DNA of 64,000 nucleotides from a virus. Where the stretch lies: the IMG/VR virus record IMGVR_UViG_3300008952_000006, positions 109,035 to 173,034 of that record; one strand, given 5' to 3'. The translations under genes were made by a program, and so were the position numbers. This document shows, piece by piece, positions 27,301 to 36,700 of this stretch (the first letter of the stretch is position 1; each line of letters begins with the position of its first letter). The notes under the pieces are model-generated. The model was given only the letters and a program-made list of their open reading frames with translations, had not been told where the DNA came from and ran no database searches.

Positions 27301-30300
27301 CGAGGATATCGGGAGAAACAACTTCTAAAACACCGTCAGTGGTCTTGTAGTAGACACCATTTTCCAGGGTTAAATCCCAATACAAGGGGTCTCGAAGCGC
27401 CTGATACACATTACCCGTAACAGGATTAGTGGCTATATCGGCCCCTCGGGGGTAGATGTAGGTATACTCCCGTCCATCCTCGTCTTCGATAAGAATGCGC
27501 CCATCCTGGAGATCTGTAGGCTCATCAATGGCTTTTATCTGTCCCTTTGCCTCGGCGTAGGGGAGGTCAAACATGGACTGGATGGCTAGCTGTAGATTAT
27601 CGAAATGTGGTCCGCTCATAAAGGCAAACCAAACCGCTTTCGTTACAGAGAGGTAATCCAGACTGTCATCGTAAGAGTCTACAAGCTCTTTGGGTAGCCC
27701 AATAAAAAGCCCGAAGTTATTCTCGATGGTCTTCCAATTATCAAAGTAAGAAACCTCGGCCCAAAGAGAGTCGGGGCCTGGGCGATAAGCGCTGTATCTA
27801 GGAGCCCAAAAGCGCAGCTTCTCCGCCGTGTGGTCCAGCTGTCTGTCCAGGGTAAGAGATCCATCAATATTATAACTAATAATCCTGTAAACAGAGGAAT
27901 CACCCGCACCAAGACAGATGGTATCAATGGGCAGGGAGGAGTCCTCGCCAACAAACTGGAGAGTCCCTGTCTCTTGGTACATGGTTGCTAAGTCTGGGTG
28001 GGTGACTACGGTGTCGGGGTAGACAATGTTGGTGCCAGCAACCGTGCTAAGAGTCCCCCCAAACCAATCGACAAGGGAGATTACGCCATCGGTTATCCTA
28101 TAGTCAAAGTTCTCTTGTAAGTCCGACACTATAGAGGTTGTGCCCAGCCTCGGTATGCTTACAAGATCGGTAACCTTTGCCAGCCTCCTGGCCAGAACAA
28201 GTGCTTTAGGGGTTATCGCCACGTCAACCAAATCACCAGCAACCCAGTCTTTCGGGGCACCCGATACAGTTGCTTGCAGAGACAGAGCGGACAGCAGCGG
28301 AAACCACTCCACAAAAACACACTGGTCCCCCGCCGCTAGGATTGGTAGCGACACAGATATCTCGCTCGACGTGTAGGGGTCTACAACCGATATGACCAAG
28401 TAGTCGCCAAGAGTAATCGTGTGCGCAGACAGGTCTAGTTCTGACCCAAAAGAAACGTAGGGGGTTTGCTCCAAGCTAGTGTTTTCTACAGTGCGTAAAT
28501 GGTCCCATTTTCGTGCAAACCCATCTACGGTTTGTGCCACGATCTCCCCAGGGAGACCGCCACCGACATCCTCTTTCAAAAGAACAGAGTTTGGTGTCAA
28601 GGAGGGGCTTACTTCGGCAATGTCAACTATCTGAGGGTTCTCCCCAAGCTCGTCGTAAATCCGCAGAACGTCCCTAGTAATATCCGCTTCCGAAGCAATC
28701 GGGTAAGTCGGGTCTGACAGAACCGTACTTTTCGCGGGGGTTTGTGGCACCAAAATAGACGGGTCTTCAACAAAGTACCCCCCTGTACGCTCAGCCAGAA
28801 CCTCAAAGACCGGAAAAGCCTCCACCGAAGTGGTGATGGACCATTGCGGCTCAGTCGCACCGGTAGCCACAGGAAGCTCAACAACGCCAGTTACCTCAAC
28901 AACAAACGGCGGGTAAAGTGATGTCCTTAAAAGAGCCTTGCCTGTGAGAAAAGGGATCGTCGCAGACTCTGCGGTTATGGCGGTATCTACGACATTAATA
29001 GTCGTTGGCTCAGGAACAACCATATCTTGCTTTGTTATAATATCCGGCTGTGTGATGTAGGCCGTATACCCTGCGGGGATGTCGATCCTCGTGTCGTAAT
29101 GAAGCCACCGTCTTTGGTATCGTCGCGATGTGTCTTTTAACGCCTTCGAGTAATCGTTCTGCCAAGCGGTCATCAGGTCCGAGGAGACAGCCTGGGTCAT
29201 GGCGGACCACACAGACGTAATTTGATCCTTGTCCGGGACAAGCTTCCAAAAATCGCTGAGGTACTTCCAGACGTAACCAGAGTTAGGTCTGTGAGACAAC
29301 AGCTGGTTGGTCACCGTAGCAGAGAACACTACCTTGCTGGGGAAGCTATCGCGTACGCCATTATTAACAGTAAGAGAAAGCGCGTAGACACCGGGCTTGT
29401 CGGGGATAAAGATTGGGTTCATCATCGCTGAACCGGAGCCACCAGACAGGCCATAAACACCCGTCTCAAGAATCTCAGTCCCTGCAGAGGCTAAAACAGC
29501 CAGTTCCGCCCTAAAGATGCCTGGGTAGACAACTTGTTCAGAAGTAGTGGTGCCTGTAGCGCTGTCAAAAACAAAGCCGATGTTGGCTGAGCCGCCAGAA
29601 ACCTCAACGTTGTAGCCAGCGGCCAAGGGGTTCTTGAATGCCTGGACCAGGGCCCCTGAAGTAGTTGTAACATTACCGGCGTCGTCCATGCCGAGCATGA
29701 TCGTTAATGTCTCAAGGGCGCTATCCCAGACCAGGGCCAGCAACGAGTTAGCGGGACCCTCCTCAATGAGGACAGTAAAGCCATCCGCCTTCTTGGTTGG
29801 GCGTTTGCTCGTAATCACTGCCACGGGAATACCACCAACCAGAATTTCTGTGGAGGCGTGGGCGGCCCCCTGGATAGCGGCAACGCTCCCGTCAGGGTAA
29901 ACATCAACCTCCCAATTATAGCTTAGGCTTCTCCCTGACGGATCGAAGCTTTTGCTCCCCACAAGCTGGAGAGAGGACCCGACTACTGTCTGGTGTTCCG
30001 CAAAACCATCAGCTACGGGGCGGTCTTCCGGGAAAACCTTGCTGCTGGCTAAACGAAGAGACCCTACAGATAAAACGGCCTCATTGCCCGAAGTCGCGGG
30101 GACGCCCTTGCTTATAAGTCGTAGCTTTGTTGACGCGGACGCTTGCAGGTAAACAGAGTCGTTGAAAGACCCTGTGGATGGCTTGGCGGCCAGACTATAC
30201 TTCAGTGACGCATCGGTATCGTCCGCGTTTGTTAGGTAAGCTTCTTCCGAGGAGGCTACGTAAACAGCAATCCGCCCCAAGTCTCCGTCAATGATGGCGC

Positions 30301-30796
30301 GTATGTTTACCCCCGGTATAAACATCCCTGCGTCATCCAAGATAAGGTCTTTTGAGCCAGCAAGGACAGTCGGCGTGGGGTCTTCCGGGTAGGCTGCGAG
30401 GGCTATGCCGTCGTAAGAGAATAGGAACCCTGCCGTGTACCCCTGTTGATTGATTGCACCTATAAACACACGGTCATCAGGGTCCGCAAAAGACTTGGGC
30501 AGCGCGTCAGAAAGATAAACGTCAAACTCAAATGTAAACGTTGAAGGCACTGCGGCTGGGAGGTGGTCAGACACCTGGAGCACCGACTTGATAACGGTAT
30601 CCAGAGAATTGGTCGTGCCATCCGCAAGAAGTGTAGTGAACCCATCACTTGTGACCACTGTCGGATACGGGATAAAAGCGTACTGGTCGATCTCCTCTAC
30701 AGGGTCCGACAAAAGGGCGTCAGACACGTAAGAAGTCGTGTCTGCGCGTATATTCCAGTCGATAATGTCGAACTTTGTTGAGGAAGGAACCGGCAT
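24311..30796 (-). CDS. Large baseplate wedge/tail structural protein with PKD/Ig-like domain
   Basis: 2161 aa, acidic; PKD motifs SFDPSGRSLSYNW and FIPDKPGVYALSLTVNNG; wedge-like NNFG...YL...F..GP...N and FLNEAKPAYT; follows the J-like gene. Confidence 0.65.
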   Translation of the reverse strand: MPVPSSTKFDIIDWNIRADTTSYVSDALLSDPVEEIDQYAFIPYPTVVTSDGFTTLLADGTTNSLDTVIKSVLQVSDHLPAAVPSTFTFEFDVYLSDALPKSFADPDDRVFIGAINQQGYTAGFLFSYDGIALAAYPEDPTPTVLAGSKDLILDDAGMFIPGVNIRAIIDGDLGRIAVYVASSEEAYLTNADDTDASLKYSLAAKPSTGSFNDSVYLQASASTKLRLISKGVPATSGNEAVLSVGSLRLASSKVFPEDRPVADGFAEHQTVVGSSLQLVGSKSFDPSGRSLSYNWEVDVYPDGSVAAIQGAAHASTEILVGGIPVAVITSKRPTKKADGFTVLIEEGPANSLLALVWDSALETLTIMLGMDDAGNVTTTSGALVQAFKNPLAAGYNVEVSGGSANIGFVFDSATGTTTSEQVVYPGIFRAELAVLASAGTEILETGVYGLSGGSGSAMMNPIFIPDKPGVYALSLTVNNGVRDSFPSKVVFSATVTNQLLSHRPNSGYVWKYLSDFWKLVPDKDQITSVWSAMTQAVSSDLMTAWQNDYSKALKDTSRRYQRRWLHYDTRIDIPAGYTAYITQPDIITKQDMVVPEPTTINVVDTAITAESATIPFLTGKALLRTSLYPPFVVEVTGVVELPVATGATEPQWSITTSVEAFPVFEVLAERTGGYFVEDPSILVPQTPAKSTVLSDPTYPIASEADITRDVLRIYDELGENPQIVDIAEVSPSLTPNSVLLKEDVGGGLPGEIVAQTVDGFARKWDHLRTVENTSLEQTPYVSFGSELDLSAHTITLGDYLVISVVDPYTSSEISVSLPILAAGDQCVFVEWFPLLSALSLQATVSGAPKDWVAGDLVDVAITPKALVLARRLAKVTDLVSIPRLGTTSIVSDLQENFDYRITDGVISLVDWFGGTLSTVAGTNIVYPDTVVTHPDLATMYQETGTLQFVGEDSSLPIDTICLGAGDSSVYRIISYNIDGSLTLDRQLDHTAEKLRFWAPRYSAYRPGPDSLWAEVSYFDNWKTIENNFGLFIGLPKELVDSYDDSLDYLSVTKAVWFAFMSGPHFDNLQLAIQSMFDLPYAEAKGQIKAIDEPTDLQDGRILIEDEDGREYTYIYPRGADIATNPVTGNVYQALRDPLYWDLTLENGVYYKTTDGVLEVVSPDILAVMEDAKVLPYSKLVDVVGIEDYISDPDLIERQFGGNVDKYVDEYGIEHIVDKEPSIIEKYHKFVVEVPMDITQTTQVFPLVKSFLNEAKPAYTDFILVGSLKLSDEISVLDTVFLEPTLILEDTPSTSPFWAMASSPIPQDREDLIWPKEKTFEKVSSVTYPGLAGAAYLEFTLSDTNFWTQSIPTTNLYRLRLEASFAYGMSVDPPQAQVDPYQQVTANLTQLGAEIAGDQVGLYVNSCIGIFVPGDPYIHYVEAAVQWSNPIGTPANGSPIYMDLFINSSYGVDINALAPGSVLYFFGDLIAPTAALVGPAIMAHWDKEDVLEKYESGYCEGVLDDYSGDGSWNSRRTTLDMINTVNSDIDVLRSRLWVPVTKDIAGLQEDIEFEFGEPVDIYSDATGSAAPVVLDSGDSPIWDTAPPVILHIGAGVHPRIPAFDPADATKGIFSPQVEHPNTYLILGFDRSDTEDTHDWDNPPTTATENYNAYGDETRLDVIETVFNDAAHAGATLTLVGRRSGAIATIEAPADGTPVLSRSNTDHVAMPGSTGTRPYFLLETIWQQDKHIDYGPESDPTIFLTKFIPMDTPGNPPATYPDGTGGIDVADWWSATPTFDGTWEKTPASFGCIIDDIDASGLPIVSIKVPPPFTHHLIAGDKVHIWNTDQTTTLPNSVRLNDEYTVANVVSASEFEVNVGAAIMEDGTSGYLGHSPLYHLQAVQMQRELQQHPYDPTVALDKQFIPSTSPGNYSIWSSLPNPANVPMVWGYEDIGAIHPAGGNNLEDWDYSPHVSTYLQNIHFGVKVRAPKEYHFTQGFTEFFIPAPSIKMILALSAGYDIRLCGFYFCNDDPTRVDVPDENPDSYGDPTAATPEGIIGGSWVFFRNSDTGVETPVSNYFFETGINAGKIVGFLGNNRSGTSKFVYGGPDQPSDGHVLEFDIPAALPGFGYYDIIVRNYRPYQMKSGGAWSYHMDEDVSLKAFHHSALGWGITAWGTGTFGGV

Positions 30797-30797
30797 C

Positions 30798-33700
30798 CTA
30801 GGTCACCTTATTAACAGTAATACCTGCCAAGTCTTCCATGATATGGAAACGCTTATTCAAGTAAATGATATCAACGCTGCGAGCGACCTTAAGGACGCGA
30901 TTTTCATCGTGCAGTAAGAACTCAACAACTTGCGGGAACTGGATGTACCCAACACCTTTACGCGCCATAATGGCGGAAATATCGTAAAGCTCCAGCGGCG
31001 CGTTAGGGTACAGAGTTTTAAAGTGTTCTTCCAGGATACCCTGCACCTCGGTAGGAGATAATCTTGTGTCACCATAATTAAGCTCACCGATTGGGTAGGC
31101 GGGAAAGAAATGGCGGGACAGAGGATTATTGCAAACCACCCTGAGTGAGGGACTCAGTAAAAAGCCTTGAATATCAGACACCACCTGTGACCGATCATAC
31201 GTGATTGTGACGTCCGCGCCGGGAAGGGGATACACTGTGTCAAAACTATCCTGAACGTCGCTCAGAACGACGCTGGTAGTCCGTAAGCTGCATTCCTCAC
31301 CCAGAGAGTAGGAGTAGTTTGCATTTTTAACGATCATCTCATAGCCAAGAGACTTATGACCCTCGACAGACAGTTGGGTGTTGTCCGTGATGAGGGCTGT
31401 CGGTGTGTTCGGGTCGTAAGAGGTCAGGGTCACGGGGGCTGTGTATAGACCAAAACCATTATCCGTCATATCGGACGGGTAAATGCGTTGATACTTGTAC
31501 CTACGCGCCTCAACAAAGACGCTTTGTATGTCAGTAACCGGCGTTGGCTGACCACCATCAACAGAGGTAATTTCAAGCTCCCACCGAGCGACCCCGCCAG
31601 GAGCGGTGTTTTTGTCGATATAGTTGACCGCAGTAACTAGGTAGGGATCAAATAACTCCGCCCCACCACCTGCAGGGTAATAATTGTTATCTCGGTGAAT
31701 CAGGTCAGTGTTGACCCGCAGTTCTGTGAGTATTCCGATGGTCCCGTCGTTCGTAAGCTCAATCGGGAGGTTAGACGAGATTTGTAGAAAGTACTCCTCG
31801 GGAGAGCCTGTGGGATCGGGCTCAATCACCGCCGCTTTAAGCTTGTCGCCTACCTGACGGTTAATGTCAGAAACGGCCTGCTCAAGCGTTGTCGGATTTG
31901 GACCACTAAAGACAACCGACTTCTTTGCGCCGTCAATATTAATAACAAGTGTTTTCCCCGCCAACGATAGGTTCTCATCATCCAGGAAGGGGGCGGCACC
32001 ATTAAAGGCTGCGGAGCGCATAACGCGGGTAAGAATCGTAAGGCGATCTCCTACCTTTATATCGTGCTTGAGGAAATTAACATCCAAGCTGTATATTTTC
32101 GCGTTGTCTAGCGTCCCGTCTATGGTCAAGTCCGTGGTGGTGTACCCTGTTTTGTACAGAACAGCCGACTCAAGAGGTGACGGCCTAAACTTATAGGTCT
32201 TGTCGTCACCTGCCGTTTCTATGCCCGGTGTGCTGCGGACAGAGACGTAGCTAAACTCCGTGTCAGGACCTGCCTCAAAGAAGGTGGGATCCTTGAACAC
32301 AAGCTGCGCTGTGCCAACGGCGGGGCGGCCTAACGAGAACTGGACGTTTTCAATAGCAGAAGACAGCCCTGAGATAGTCCTGTCTAATACCAAGGCGTTG
32401 AGGAACCCGGTACCCCCACCCGTATTAACATTAACAAAGTCCTCAACGTAAAAGTACTTGTTGGGCTCATCAAGTGTCTCAATGCGGAGGACGTCGTACC
32501 TGATAGTCTTGTACTCGGTAACAAAGTCCTCATTATCGTCAACAATGAGGTGTAGTCGGGGTTCGCCGCCATAAGAGAGTACCTCTAAAGTGGGCGGAAA
32601 AGGGTTATTCCCCAGAGACTCCTCGTTAATTGGGTCGTCATTCAAGCCAGCGAAAGAGCTTGCGATAATGTCCACAGGGTTCTTATAGGGCACAGAAACA
32701 CCCTCTACCTCATCCCCGGACAGGGAAACAGACTTAACTCTAACTAGCGGAAGGTCTACGCCAGCGGCTTGTTTTGTATAAACCCTGTAAGAAAGGGCAG
32801 AGCCAGACTCGGTTATCGCGGTTTCTGTAACAAGCGTGTTGAGATTCTTCCCGGTTACACGGTACTCCCCACGGGCCTCAATCGAGTCTATAGAGATGTA
32901 CACGGCAACGTCTGCTGGATCAGTCCCGAAGTCAAACCCTGTGGGGCAGAACACAGAGAAATCATTTTTTTGGACAATCAGGTCTGCGCCCTGCTGAAGG
33001 ACTATCAAGGGTTTATCAATGCTAGTGGTGCACCCAAAGAGGGCCCGGAAACGCATCCCCGCGTAGGCAGCGCCTGCTGGGAACGCACCATCAACCTTAA
33101 CTCCGGTTGCGGTCGTATGAATAGCACGGAAAAACCGGGGCTGGAGATCAGGACTCGGCACATCAAGGAGTTCAATAACAAGGTTATCAAGGCTTATGAT
33201 GCCAGCGGCACCATAATGGGTAGCGATGGCAGACAGGAGGGCAAGACTGTCAAAGTGTGTGTCATCCCAAGCCGAATCAATAGCTCCATCGGTTGCTTGA
33301 AGCAGGACTTCATACTCTGGTGGTGGGTCTGTTGGTGATGGGGCAGGAAGGGCATCGGGGTCTAGAGCCTCGGGCTGCAAGCGGATAGGGGGCGTCGTGC
33401 GCTCCTCGGCAGCCGTCGCCTTTACGTACACATCCGTCATGCCGCCAATATGAATCTTGTCGTTCTCGATCTCGAAGTCACCGCCAAACCAACCGGGAAA
33501 GGGGACGCTGCCTGGAATGCCTGAGACCACAATACCTGTGTCGCCCATGTCGCCAGATGCGCCTTCGTATACCTGAAGAACTTGGTGGTCTAGCAGGTGT
33601 TGGAGGGCAATATTGTTGGTCAGATAGTCAAATTCCGAATTATCCAAGTTTCCTGGCTCTCCGTAATGGGCAGGGCCCATGGGGTGGGGGAGAAGGAACC

Positions 33701-36700
33701 CAAAAGACCCCGCGTAGTTGATAAAGGACATTTCATCGAGATCAAAGTCAGTCTGTGTCTGATCTGAGGGGTCTACAAGCCTCGTAGCTCCCGCAACCAG
33801 AGGCAGCGGTGTTCTAGTAACAAAGTGCGAGTCCACCACAGCGTCGTTGTCCACATCTTTGGCAAGGCCGAGAGAGCTAGACTTGGCTGCAGGGTAACGC
33901 TTCTCACAGTAGGACAGTTGATCAACTGTCGAGTACCCTGGGCCATAGGGATTACCGTTGATGCCAACGCTGGGGCGGTCGAAATTTATGACCTCGCCAG
34001 ATAGACAGCGTGTGACGGGAGGCCCGCCAAGGCTTGGGTGTTGTTGCTCAAAGCTTTTCCCTAGGCGGACCCAAACAGCTTCCCGTTGGTTTATTGCTCC
34101 TACGCCAGAACTAAATCGATAAGTTGATCCGAGATGTCCATTAAAATCGACCTGCCACCTGTCTCCCTCGTAGTAACAAGGTCCTCGAGCGGCAACGGCT
34201 CCATTAGCGGTAGCATTGGTGCCATCTGGCCCAGGACGCTTGTATGCGGGAGCAAAAGAGAAGTCGTCGTAAGATACGCCCAGGTCTCCCGAAGGAGAGA
34301 TGGTCTCCACCTCGCCACGGTAAACCGTCCAGTAAGCCTTAAACGGATTTAGATAGTAGTTGTACCCAATAGAGAAGAGGGGGAGCGGGTGGTTACCGGC
34401 TAGCGGGAGCATGTTCTCGGCACGCGGGGTAAAGCCCGGAGCAAAAACAATAGCCACCGTGCCAGAGGAATAGTCGATCTGGCTTGAGGCTAGGTAGCCA
34501 GCCCCAGGAATAACTTCCACAAGATTGCCATCACTGTCGTCATCCCAGACAACTTGCGTACCAGCGCCGCCATCCGGCCCAACGTCCCAATAATGGAGCC
34601 GCAAACTCCCGCGCTGTATCGGACTGTTCTCCGCAACCAAGGTGTAAAGGCTCGACATACCATCTACAGGATCAGGATTAGGTGTAAGCTCCTCGTGGTC
34701 AAATTCTTCGGCTGAGCCCGCAGCCAAGTCAGGAGCATTAGCGCCGGGGACAGGTGCGCCGATATTCTGGTCAACGCCAACCTGTGCTAGAGGGCCGAAC
34801 GCGTAGTCAAATCCGCCCTGGAGGACTGCGTTTAGATTCCAAGTAGCCAGAGCAAAAAGGTCAACAGCAGGAAGATCGGTGTGCAAGATTGTGACAGGGG
34901 TATTGTTATCTGTGCTTCCCGGGTTGTCGGAAAAAATCCGAACTCTTCCATCAGAAAGGGCCTCAGCGGATATGTTTGGTATGTTGGCCGTGATTTCGGA
35001 GGCCATATGCACAGCAAGTTCTTGGGCAGTTGGCTCATCCCCGCCCGTGAATAGGCCAAACCCTGCGCCCACATTTGCACCATTTTGGGTGCAGTTGGCT
35101 GCGTTCATCGTATTGCCATACCGCCCAAATAAATCACAAGTAATAGTGAGTGCGGGCCCAAGAGCAGACGCGCTTGTAAAAAAACCTGCGGTAGGGTCGG
35201 TGTCAATTGCTGCTGCTAAGCCCGCGACCCAAAGATCCAACGTAGCGTAGCTACTAGCGCTGTCGTCCACAGTCACTGTGCCCGCAGCTGTTAACGGGGC
35301 GTCTATATCAATTATGCCGCCATTATAGGGGCCCCCGCCCGGGGTAAACCCTGCCGTCGTAAAGGTAAGGGTAGTGGACGCATTAACTCCACCCCCGCCC
35401 CATTGTGTGGTGATGTCAATAATGTGCACCCCGCCGACAGTAACAGTAATAACGTCTGGGCTTGCCGAGTTAGCAGTTGGTAACTGCGGCACAGGGTCTG
35501 GGACAGTGACAATCATGCTCGCTGATGGGGAGAAATGCCCAAAGTTATTCTCGTGGAGTGGCCCAAAGTCCATCCCCTCAACGCGAATCCTCCAAGGTGT
35601 CCCTGCACCAACTTTTACAATACGTCCCCAGCCCTGCCACTGCAGCTGGCCCTCAACATTCGACAGGTTTCCATCAAAGATACCGGGTGTCCCAGGAGCG
35701 GATTCAAGGGAATAAACCGAACAGCTAATATAGTGACCTTCGGTAACACCGCGATTGGCCCACTTTGTTTGCGTACTGTCCAATATAATGTCTACCTGTC
35801 CTGGGTGAGGGAAGGTTCCCCAGGTAGAGGTGATGGGCTGGTGCGGATTGGCCCCGCCTAGGTCATTCATGGCTTGAATCATGCAGCCAGGATTTCGCCC
35901 CAAGTCCTCAGCGGTCTCGCCATCAAACCTAACCTCAGGATCTGGGTCAGATGATTTTGGCCCACCGAAGTCAATAATCTTTAGGTGCTCCCTGAATAAA
36001 GAGAACACGGGGCTTGAGTCAAAGACAAACTCGTCTTTTCCCGGGTAGACTGCGCGATTTTTACTCACCAAGAAACTATCAATCCTACCGATCCCCAAAT
36101 CAGTACTGGAATAGAACTTCGTTAGGGGCCACATCTGCATCATCTTGGGGTAGCTGAAGCCTAAGGAGTCTCCGTTCTCGTTTTGGTCGGTCAGGTCTGT
36201 GTTGGTAAAAGAGAACAAGAAATCACGACCGACCACGACCGATCCAGGAACTTCATTGGGAACAAAGCTTGTGTGTACGTGGTCTGTAAAGGGTAAGTGC
36301 GCGCCGAGCACGGTTTCGACACCGCCCGACTCACCGATCATCTTAAAGGCGGAGCCTTGGTTGGAGCGCTTGTTTAAGCCCATCTCAGGGGCAGAGGTGT
36401 CTGCAGTCCCCAGGAAAGGCACATCGTTAGTAATGCTTGGGGGTGACGGGTAGATCTCAAAATCTTTGAGCTTTATATAGATGGCGTAATCGTTGCCATC
36501 GTTGTAGAAAGTCTCGTCAACAGCGCGGATTCGGTTCAGCACCGTGTCATTATAGGTATTCTTTCGGAAGGGCTGCGCGACCCCGGCGTTACCATCGGAG
36601 TCTCCCCAGAGGGGCTCATGAGGGACGCCTAAGGGATCTAAGTCGCAGTGAGACCAAGTGAGTCCGCTGCCATCCGCAACACGGATATACTTGGCTTCCA

